A model generated the notes under the pieces. That model was not told the origin of the DNA, did no database searches, and was given only the letters and a program-made list of their open reading frames with translations. Shown in pieces: positions 56,980 through 64,000 of a stretch of DNA of 64,000 nt (positions within the stretch are counted from its first letter, which is position 1; each line of letters opens with the position of its first letter). The stretch spans positions 152,605-216,604 of the forward strand of contig JANQPV010000004.1 in assembly GCA_028285305.1 (NCBI GenBank), in the 5' to 3' direction. Source of the stretch: Alphaproteobacteria bacterium (GTDB lineage: Bacteria > Pseudomonadota > Alphaproteobacteria > SMXP01). The position numbers and the translations under genes were made by a program.

Positions 56980-58457
56980 CGCGCCAGCGTTTTCTTCACC
57001 GCATCAACAAGGTCGCCGCGTTTCACCGTGAACTGCGCCGGCTGGTCTTCGCGCCACGCCTTGTTGTCCTCGATGTCTTTGGAAAGCTCCGCGCCGAGGA
57101 CGAGATCCTTGATCGTCACCTCGCCTTTCTCGCGTTCATCTGAGCCCTGAATGATCGCGACGGGCGCAGCGCGCTTGTCAGCGTATTTCAATTGCTTGGC
57201 GAAGTTCGAGCCGCCGAGATAGACCTCGGCGCGCAGGCCAGCGGCGCGCAGCTCCCCCGCCATCGCGTGATAGTCGGCCATCCGGTCCTTTTCGAGCGCC
57301 AGCACGATCACGGGGCCCGAACCGGCTCTGAACGCATCTGTCTTAAACTCAAGTGCAGCAAGCAATCGCGACACGCCGACGGAGATCCCAACCGCCGGCA
57401 CTTCGACGCCCTTGAACCGTTTGACGAGACCATCATACCGCCCGCCTCCTCCAACGGAACCAAGTCTAATGGGACGACCATCTTGTTCTGGTTGCCAAAG
57501 TATATCCGCTTCGAAGACGGGGCCCGTATAATATTCAAGGCCACGGATGATCGACAGATCAATCTGTATACGGTCTTCCGCATAGCCTAAGGCTGCAGCC
57601 TGCGCGGCGATCGCGCCCATATCCTCAACGCCCGCCATGCCGATTTCGGAACTCGCGAAAAACGCGGCCAAGCGGGTGCACGTTTCCGCGTTGGTTTCGG
57701 CGGTCGACGTCACGAAGGTCATGACGCGATCGATCTGTTCGGGCACCAGTCCCGCGCCGTCGGTAAAGTCGCCGCTTTCGTCCTTGCGTCCCGGCCCGAG
57801 CAGCGCCCGAACGCCCGCTTCGCCCAGCCGGTCGAGCTTGTCGAGGGCGCGCAAGACCGTCAGCCGCTGCGCCGTCTCCGTCTCGCCTTCGCCGGCGAGC
57901 CCGGTGGTTTCGAGAAGCCCCGTCAACAGCCGCCGGTCGTTGACGCGAATGACATAGTCGCCGCGGGCGATGCCGGCGGCCTCCATGACGTCGGCGAAGA
58001 GCATCGCCATTTCCGCGTCCGCATGAGGGCTCGGCGCGCCCACCGTGTCGGCGTCGCACTGGGTGAACTGACGATAGCGTCCCGGTCCCGGCTTTTCATT
58101 GCGCCAAACGGGGCCGACGGCGTAGCGGCGAAAGGGTTTCGGCAGGGCGTCAAAGTTCTCCGCCACAAACCGGGCGAGCGGCGCGGTCAGATCATAGCGC
58201 AGGCTCATCCATTGTTCGTCGTCGTCCTGAAGCGAAAAGACGCCCGCATTGGGCCGGTCCACATCGGGCAGGAACTTGCCCAGCGCATCGGTGTACTCGA
58301 ACGCCGGCGTTTCCAGCGCGTCAAAACCGTGCGCTTCGTAAACGGCGGAAATTTTCGCCAGCATCGCCCGTTCCGCGGCGATTTCCGCGCCGAGCCGGTC
58401 GCGAAAGCCGCGGGGGATGCGCGCTTTGGGCCGAAATGTCTTCTGTTTTTTCGCCAT
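56967..58457 (-). CDS. hisS: Histidine--tRNA ligase
   Basis: PRGFRD N-terminal motif, class II core, GGGRYDGL signature. ATG 58455-58457. The 3' end overlaps the convergent AEC gene by 13 nt. Confidence 0.85.
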   Translation of the reverse strand: MAKKQKTFRPKARIPRGFRDRLGAEIAAERAMLAKISAVYEAHGFDALETPAFEYTDALGKFLPDVDRPNAGVFSLQDDDEQWMSLRYDLTAPLARFVAENFDALPKPFRRYAVGPVWRNEKPGPGRYRQFTQCDADTVGAPSPHADAEMAMLFADVMEAAGIARGDYVIRVNDRRLLTGLLETTGLAGEGETETAQRLTVLRALDKLDRLGEAGVRALLGPGRKDESGDFTDGAGLVPEQIDRVMTFVTSTAETNAETCTRLAAFFASSEIGMAGVEDMGAIAAQAAALGYAEDRIQIDLSIIRGLEYYTGPVFEADILWQPEQDGRPIRLGSVGGGGRYDGLVKRFKGVEVPAVGISVGVSRLLAALEFKTDAFRAGSGPVIVLALEKDRMADYHAMAGELRAAGLRAEVYLGGSNFAKQLKYADKRAAPVAIIQGSDEREKGEVTIKDLVLGAELSKDIEDNKAWREDQPAQFTVKRGDLVDAVKKTLARHAK

Positions 58458-58496
58458 GGTCCGCCGCGGGATAGCCGATGCCGGCCCGAGGGGCAA

Positions 58497-59270
58497 TCAA
58501 CGGGGGCGCGCGTTGAGGAAATCAATCGCCTCGCTGAATTCCTCAGCATCCGGCAGGCGGTGGGAAAGCCCCTTGATTTCAAAAAATTCGATATTTTCAA
58601 GCCCCGCCGCCTCGAAACTTTCAAACGCCGCCCGGGTGCGCGCCGCGCCTTGATCGTTGGCGCCCGTGACGAAGGCAAAGCGAAGGCGATTGATATAGGC
58701 GAGGTTCCGGTTCTCCGGGTCCCGCCAGTTGTCGGCGCCGCTGAAAAACAGATAGCCGTTAAAGAACTGCGGATAGTCCTGGGCAAAGAGGCTGGCGACG
58801 CGGGCCCCGCCGCCGAAACCGCCTAGATAATGGCGGCTGTGGTCAATTTTATAGTGATCGAGGGCGTAGGTGAGACTGCCATAGGCTTCAATCATCCGCT
58901 CCAGATCTTCGGTCCGGTCGCCGGAGTCGTTGACGCTGATCCAGATCAGGTTCTGTTCGCGGAGCGTCGCCTGCAGGCGGTCAGGCGGCTTGCCCCGGAT
59001 CACCGGACTGATGAAGACAAGGAGGCCCGGCGGATCGGCCGGGTCGTAGGCGGGCGGGGCGTACAGCTCGAAACTGATGTCCCGGACCGGCCCCGTGCCG
59101 TCGTCGCCGCCGGGATGGCCGCCGAACACAAGTTCCTGGGACTGAATGTCCGTAAAGGCGCCGGTGCGCTGGGCCTTCGCGCCGGCGAGGGTCGTGAGAA
59201 GCAAGAGGCCGGCAAGCACGCCGGAAACGGCGTTCAATTTTTTGATCCGTAGACGCATGAATTTATTCAA
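58497..59270 (-). CDS. Secreted alpha/beta-hydrolase-like protein (nucleophile position is Gly)
   Basis: Signal peptide (VLAGLLLLTTLAGAKA). Esterase-like order: YLGGFGGGARVAS where G-x-S-x-G is expected, then GANDQ, then GLSHRLP. Confidence 0.55.
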   Translation of the reverse strand: MNKFMRLRIKKLNAVSGVLAGLLLLTTLAGAKAQRTGAFTDIQSQELVFGGHPGGDDGTGPVRDISFELYAPPAYDPADPPGLLVFISPVIRGKPPDRLQATLREQNLIWISVNDSGDRTEDLERMIEAYGSLTYALDHYKIDHSRHYLGGFGGGARVASLFAQDYPQFFNGYLFFSGADNWRDPENRNLAYINRLRFAFVTGANDQGAARTRAAFESFEAAGLENIEFFEIKGLSHRLPDAEEFSEAIDFLNARPR

Positions 59271-59375
59271 CGTGCGGCGCTCCCCGCCATGGCGGCGAGC
59301 GCAACAATAGCTTGCAACGGTAAACGGGTCTGAAACGCTATCCGTTAAATTCGATCACACGACGTTCATCATCCC

Positions 59376-59455
59376 GTCCTTCCCGGCGAAAGCCGGGATC
59401 CAGGCCTCGCACGCCGCGCCTGGTTCACTGGACCCCGGCTTTCGCCGGGGAGGTC
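59376..59455. repeat. Nested-palindrome REP-like element (copy 1)
   Basis: GTCCTT-CCCGGCGAAAGCCGGG-ATCCAGG...CCTGG...CCCCGGCTTTCGCCGGGG-AGGTC. That is two terminal hairpins plus an internal CCAGG/CCTGG pair. Lies 20 nt downstream of the PPIase stop. Confidence 0.6.
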
Positions 59456-59475
59456 GGGGGTTGGGTCGAATCCGT

Positions 59476-60189
59476 CTACTCTGCGGGGGTCGCCTCAATA
59501 TCCCATTCAATGGGATCGACGCGGAGAATGATGATCGGCTCGACCGGGACTTCGGCGTCGAAGGGCCCGCCCTCGCCCGTCTCCACGGCGCCGATGGCGT
59601 CGGCGATGTCCATGCCCTCGACGACCCTGCCGAAGACGGCGTAGCCGTAAATGGGGCCGAGATCGGTGACGCGGTGATCGAGCTTTTCATTGTCGCGCAG
59701 ATTGATGAACCATTGCGCCTGCGCGGAGTCTTCGTCGAGGGTCCGCGCCATGGCGATGGTCCCGCGGACGTTTTTCAGCCCGTTGTCGCCTTCATAGGGA
59801 ATCGGATCGCGCGTCGGGCGCTCGTTGAAGTATTGCGAAAAGCCGCCGCCCTGAATGACATAGCCGCGCACGACGCGGTGAAAGATCGTGCGGTCGAAAT
59901 GCCCGGCCTCGGCGTACTCCAGAAAATTCGCAACCGTCGCCGGCGCCGCCTCGGCGGCGAGTTCAACAACGATGTTGCCTTTCGACGTCTGGATATTGGC
60001 GTGAGTCGTTGCGTCTTCGGCATGAGCGGCGAATGGCGACAGCAATAGGCCCGATAAAAATGCGATGACAACAACTAAGGCTGCAATGAAAGAGGTGGTG
60101 TCATTGCCGGACTTGTTCCGGCAATCCAGAAATCCAACGAATCCGAAAAGTCTCTGGATTGCCGGGATAAACCCGGCAATGACAGTCAT
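59476..60189 (-). CDS. Cyclophilin-type peptidyl-prolyl isomerase (secreted)
   Basis: FHRVVRGYVIQGGGF and a signal-like segment FIAALVVVIAFLSGLLLSPFAAHA. The start is uncertain because every in-frame ATG (60189, 60243) lies within or beyond the repeat at 60100-60183. Confidence 0.85.
   Translation of the reverse strand: MTVIAGFIPAIQRLFGFVGFLDCRNKSGNDTTSFIAALVVVIAFLSGLLLSPFAAHAEDATTHANIQTSKGNIVVELAAEAAPATVANFLEYAEAGHFDRTIFHRVVRGYVIQGGGFSQYFNERPTRDPIPYEGDNGLKNVRGTIAMARTLDEDSAQAQWFINLRDNEKLDHRVTDLGPIYGYAVFGRVVEGMDIADAIGAVETGEGGPFDAEVPVEPIIILRVDPIEWDIEATPAE
60100..60183. repeat. Nested-palindrome REP-like element (copy 2)
   Basis: GTCATTGCCGGACTTGTTCCGGCAATCCAGA...TCTGGATTGCCGGGATAAACCCGGCAATGAC. 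Two hairpins, an internal CCAGA/TCTGG pair, and terminal GTCAT/ATGAC. Confidence 0.65.
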
Positions 60190-60190
60190 T

Positions 60191-60496
60191 TTACATGGAA
60201 AGATCATCATACAAATCGCGCCAGCCGGGATTTTCTTTTTCAATCATATTCAATTTCCACTTTCGCGGCCATTTCTTTATTGTCTTTTCCCGCTGAATTG
60301 CGGCGGTTACGTCATCGAACGCTTCAAACCAGACAAGACGTTTCACGCCATACTTCTTTGAAAATCCCTCAAAAATTCCGGCCTTATGTTGCCATACGCG
60401 GCCGACAAGATCGCTCGTCACGCCGACATAGAGCGTGCCGTTTCGCTGACTCGCCAACAGGTAGACGCAATAGATTTTGCCGCCGACGACAGACAT
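60191..60496 (-). CDS. GIY-YIG (URI-domain) nuclease family protein
   Basis: KIYCVYLLASQRNGTLYVGVTSDLVGRVWQHK...REKTIKKW. 101 aa after trimming to ATG 60494-60496. The stop lies 7 nt from the repeat at 60100-60183. Confidence 0.85.
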   Translation of the reverse strand: MSVVGGKIYCVYLLASQRNGTLYVGVTSDLVGRVWQHKAGIFEGFSKKYGVKRLVWFEAFDDVTAAIQREKTIKKWPRKWKLNMIEKENPGWRDLYDDLSM

Positions 60497-60540
60497 TCCA
60501 AGAGAATGGTACAATTTTTGATCGCCGGAACAAGTCGGAC

Positions 60541-62211
60541 TTAGCGACCCGATCGCTGACCGCGCGCCTTGTTCACCCGGTCGATCAAACCGTTCGTGGA
60601 CGAATCGCGCGCCGTTGCGGGGGGCCGTGTTTCGCCGGGACCTCCAATCTCCGGCAGGATATCCTGCGCCAGTGCCTTGCCGAGTTCGACGCCCCACTGG
60701 TCGAAGGAATTGATCCCCCAGATGACGCCCTGACAGAAAATCTTGTGCTCATAAAGCGCAAGGAGCGCACCGAGGGTTTCCGGCGTCAGACGGTCCATGA
60801 GGATCGAACTGGTCGGCCGGTCGCCGGGAAACGCCTTATGGGGCGCAAGGCGGTCAATCTCCGCCGGCGCCAGCCCGGCGGCGGCGAGGTCGGCCCGCGC
60901 TTCCGCCTCCGTCCGGCCGCGCATCAGCGCTTCGGTCTGAGCGAGGAAATTCGCGAGCAGCAATTGGTGGTGATCGCCAAGCTCCGACGCCGCGGTCGCC
61001 GCGGCGATGAAGTCGGCCGAGACAATATCCGTGCCCTGATGAAGAAGCTGATAAAAGGCGTGCTGACCGTTGGTGCCGGGCTCGCCGAACAGGACCGGCC
61101 CGGTCTCATGGGCGACCGGCGCGCCGTCGAGACCGACGCGCTTGCCGTTCGATTCCATATCCGCCTGTTGCAGATAGGCCGGCAGGCGGTGGAGATGCTG
61201 GTCGTAGGGGAGCACGGCATGGGCGCGGATATCAAGGAAATTGCGGTTCCAGACGCCGACCAGCGCCAGCAGCGCGGGCATGTTTTCGCCAAGCGGCGCG
61301 GCGCGGAAATGGGCGTCCATGGCGCGGGCGCCGGCGAGCAGTTTTTCGAAGTTTTGAAATCCGACCTGCAACGCAATCGAAAGACCGATGGCGGACCACA
61401 GGGAATAGCGCCCGCCGACCCAGTCCCAGAAGCGGAACATATTCTCAGGATCGACGCCGAATGCCGTCACCGCCTCTTCGTTGGTGGAAAGGGCGGCGAA
61501 ATGTTTCGCAATGTCTTCTTCCCGGGCGCCGCTGTTCAGGAACCAGTCCTTCGCCGAGCGCGCATTGGCGAGGGTCTCCTGCGTCGTGAAAGTCTTCGAT
61601 GCAATGACGAACAGCGTCGTTTCCGGATCGAGTTCGCTGAGCGTGTCGGCGAGATGCCGGCCGTCCACATTCGAGACGAAATGGCTGCGCCGGCCCTTGA
61701 TCCAGTACGGCCGCAACGCCTCGACCGCCATCTGGGGCCCGAGATCGGACCCGCCAATGCCGATATTGACCACGTTGACAAGGGCCTTGCCGGTGCGGCC
61801 CCTGACCTTGCCGCCTTGAACGGCGTCCGCGAACCGCTTCATGCGGGCGAGCTCTTCGTTCACCAACGCCGAGACCGGCGCGCCGCCGGCGGCATAGGCC
61901 GCATCCGCGCCGGCCCGTAAAGCGACATGCAGGACGGGTCGGTCCTCCGTCTCGTTGATCTTGTCGCCGGCGAACATGGCGTCGCGGCGCGCTTCGAGCC
62001 CGCGGGCCTTCGCCAGCGCCAGCAAATTGTCTAAAATTTCGTCGGAAATCTTGTTCTTCGAAAAATCGAGAAACAGCCCGGCGGCGGACAGCGAATAGCG
62101 CCGAAACCGGTCCGGATCGCGCGCAAACAGATCGCGCATGGACGTTCCGGCAAGCGCTTCGGCGTTTTTCGTCAGCGCCCGCCATTCCGGCGCATCGACA
62201 ATGCTCGTCAT
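60541..62211 (-). CDS. pgi: Glucose-6-phosphate isomerase
   Basis: 556 aa. VVNIGIGGSDLGP, RFWDWVGGRYSLWSAIG, GINSFDQWGVELGK. Confidence 0.95.
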   Translation of the reverse strand: MTSIVDAPEWRALTKNAEALAGTSMRDLFARDPDRFRRYSLSAAGLFLDFSKNKISDEILDNLLALAKARGLEARRDAMFAGDKINETEDRPVLHVALRAGADAAYAAGGAPVSALVNEELARMKRFADAVQGGKVRGRTGKALVNVVNIGIGGSDLGPQMAVEALRPYWIKGRRSHFVSNVDGRHLADTLSELDPETTLFVIASKTFTTQETLANARSAKDWFLNSGAREEDIAKHFAALSTNEEAVTAFGVDPENMFRFWDWVGGRYSLWSAIGLSIALQVGFQNFEKLLAGARAMDAHFRAAPLGENMPALLALVGVWNRNFLDIRAHAVLPYDQHLHRLPAYLQQADMESNGKRVGLDGAPVAHETGPVLFGEPGTNGQHAFYQLLHQGTDIVSADFIAAATAASELGDHHQLLLANFLAQTEALMRGRTEAEARADLAAAGLAPAEIDRLAPHKAFPGDRPTSSILMDRLTPETLGALLALYEHKIFCQGVIWGINSFDQWGVELGKALAQDILPEIGGPGETRPPATARDSSTNGLIDRVNKARGQRSGR

Positions 62212-62491
62212 CCTGCCGCCTTCCCGATGGCGTTCAATAGGGAAAGCTTGATACGGATTTTATCTGTCATCCTCAATGGCCGTTAACGACGCCATGCTAA
62301 CCGGATTGTCATGAAGCTCACATTCACGCCGCGCCATCTCATCCGTATGTTCACTGACCTTGCCGCGATCACCGCTGTCTGCGTGATATTCGCCGTCGGG
62401 GCGACGAAGGCCGGCATCGGCGTCAATGCGGCCGACGTCCAACAGGCGCGCGTCGCGACCGCTCCCAAATAGTCCCTCTGGCGTTCGGTCG

Positions 62492-64000
62492 TTATTCCGA
62501 CACACGCCCGAATTGCGCGAGAACGTCCCGTTTTGAAATGGGCGGCGGCAGGGCCGTGACGGCGCCGTCGGGCCCGTAATAGGCGTAGAACGGCACGCCA
62601 AAGGCGCCGAGGCGTTCAAGCGCCGCGGTGATCGCCGGATCGCGCAGGGTCCAGTCCGCCACCATGACGACGCCGTTTTCCGCCGCAATCGCCTCTGCGA
62701 GGGCCTCGCTTGAAAACACGGTGAGTTTGTCGGCCTGGCAGGTGACGCACCAGGCGGCGGTGAAGATCGCGAAAACGGGCCGTCCCTCGGCGCCATAGGC
62801 GGCGATGGCGGCGGCGTCATAGGGTTCCACCGCAAGCGCCCCATAACGTTCAACGGCGGATGCGGACGCCGCCGCGGGGCGGGCGGAAAAGACCGGCGCC
62901 AGCGCCAGCACAATCGCCAGAGCCGACGCCGCGCGAATGATCAGCGCTGGGGCGCCGCCGCCCTTGCTGCGTTCGAATAGCCATGCAGCGAGCGCGAGGA
63001 GCACGAGACCGCCGAGCAGTCCCGCCAGCGATGCGTCGCCGGTCTGACGCGCAAACACCCAGACAAAATAGGCCGCCGCCGCAAATACGGGGAATGCGAG
63101 AGCCTGTTTAAAGACCTGCATCCAGGGCCCGGGTTTCGGCAGGGCGCGCGCCAGGCCCGGCGCGAAGGTGATCGCGACAAAGGGCACGGCAAGGCCCAGC
63201 GCCATGGCGACAAAGATCAGCATGCTGACAGGGGCCGGCTGCGTCAGCGCCGCGCCCATAGGCGCGGCGAGCAGCGGCCCGATGCATGGAGCGGCGACGG
63301 CAACGGCAAGAACGCCGGTGAAGAAGGCGCCGGCCGCGCCCGGTTTTTTTGCCAGATCGTCGCCAGCGCCCGCAACGCTTTCGCCCACGGCGAACACGCC
63401 GGCGAGGCTTAGGCCCACGGCAAAGAGGACATAGGCGGAAAGGCCGATCACCAGCGGCGATTGCAGATGGAAGCCCCAGCCGAGCTGTTCGCCGCCGGCG
63501 CGCAGGGCGATGAGGAGGGCGCCGATAGCGGCGAAACTCGCGACAACGCCGGCGCCATAGACGGCGCCATGGGCGCGGGTGACTTTCGGATCGTGCTGCG
63601 CGCTCGCCATGAGGCTCGCGGCCTTCACGAACAGGATCGGAAAGACGCAAGGCATGGCGTTGAGAATAAGCCCGCCGAAAAGGGCGAGGATCAGCATGGC
63701 GCCCACATTGCCTGCGGGCTGCATGAGGGCGGGCGCCGGCCTTGCGGGCGCGGCGGTTCCCGGCGCGACGCTTCCCTCAACCGCGTAGGCGCGGGCCTCC
63801 GCGCCGGCGCCCACGCGCAAGACCCCGCGCAGCGCGTCGCCCGCCGGCCCGTCAATCCAGCCCGGCTTCATGGCGACGACCAAGGCGCCGTCCGAAACGG
63901 CCGCGGTCTGCGCCGCCGCGGGCGTCGTCAGCCCCTCCTCCTCGGGAAAGAAGAAAACGTCGCTTGTCTCTTCATCCGGCCAGTCGTCGATGGCGAGCTC
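62492..64000 (-). CDS. DsbD/ScsB-family thiol:disulfide interchange protein (partial; 5' end beyond window)
   Basis: C-terminal thioredoxin-like domain with a CxxC motif (FTAAWCVTCQ) and a central DsbD-type TM core (NAMPCVFPILFVK...AAPCIGP). The frame stays open upstream of the ORF-track Met to position 64000. Confidence 0.75.
   Translation of the reverse strand, partial: ELAIDDWPDEETSDVFFFPEEEGLTTPAAAQTAAVSDGALVVAMKPGWIDGPAGDALRGVLRVGAGAEARAYAVEGSVAPGTAAPARPAPALMQPAGNVGAMLILALFGGLILNAMPCVFPILFVKAASLMASAQHDPKVTRAHGAVYGAGVVASFAAIGALLIALRAGGEQLGWGFHLQSPLVIGLSAYVLFAVGLSLAGVFAVGESVAGAGDDLAKKPGAAGAFFTGVLAVAVAAPCIGPLLAAPMGAALTQPAPVSMLIFVAMALGLAVPFVAITFAPGLARALPKPGPWMQVFKQALAFPVFAAAAYFVWVFARQTGDASLAGLLGGLVLLALAAWLFERSKGGGAPALIIRAASALAIVLALAPVFSARPAAASASAVERYGALAVEPYDAAAIAAYGAEGRPVFAIFTAAWCVTCQADKLTVFSSEALAEAIAAENGVVMVADWTLRDPAITAALERLGAFGVPFYAYYGPDGAVTALPPPISKRDVLAQFGRVSE

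Noticed and set aside
60280-61920. 546-aa plus-strand ORF, together with 61445-62185 and other long frames
   Set aside because: They are antisense or out of frame relative to pgi, which has unambiguous signatures. They are Arg-rich GC artefacts.
62311-62472. 53-aa plus-strand ORF (MKLTFTPRHLIRMFTDLAAITAVCVIFAVG...) in the pgi/dsbD gap
   Set aside because: It has one plausible TM helix but no clear RBS, it is below the ORF-track threshold, and there is no comparative evidence. The support is not enough to call a gene.
1-64000. CRISPR arrays, rRNA genes, prophage structural genes, integrases
   Set aside because: I found no regularly spaced direct repeats, no rRNA-like sequence, and no phage or integrase motifs in any long ORF. 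The only recombinase-like genes are the RAYT and the IS3 orfA stub.

Overview
This window looks like an alphaproteobacterial chromosome. The conserved neighbourhoods are secB-tim44-mltA-smr, hslVU/hisB, cpdR, hisS and pgi. It also carries a heavy accessory and catabolic load: three cytochrome P450s (one CYP153-like), an SDR, a Rieske oxygenase, a crotonase, TauD, a carotenoid-cleavage-type oxygenase, two LLM oxidoreductases, a Zn-ADH, four TetR regulators, three MFS transporters and a TonB-dependent receptor. There is one tRNA-Val(GAC) at 49993-50067 with an IS3-family remnant beside it, one RAYT-type Y1 transposase, and several REP/MITE-like palindromic repeats. I saw no rRNA and no CRISPR array. 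The strongest candidate for a new system is a lower-GC three-gene operon with overlapping stop/start codons at 20325-23382 (minus strand). It encodes a membrane-anchored TIR-domain protein, an 80-aa two-TM protein, and a 705-aa membrane protein with peptidoglycan-binding-like and Sel1 repeats. The operon sits as a discrete insertion of about 3.5 kb, bounded by a diverged duplicate of the 3' end of the neighbouring Rieske oxygenase gene. A second cargo block (MFS, NTF2-like protein, methyltransferase) has the same geometry: a frameshifted echo of the hslU 3' end lies 3.6 kb from the intact hslU stop. Neither block contains a recombinase. Other leads are a shared palindrome in two promoters of the hisB-to-tRNA block, an orphan minus-strand terminator suggesting an sRNA, nested palindromic repeats bracketing a PPIase gene next to a GIY-YIG gene, and a secreted C-type-lectin-like protein. 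All family assignments rest on motifs read by eye. All GC statements are hand spot counts. Coordinates of non-ORF features may be off by 1-2 nt.
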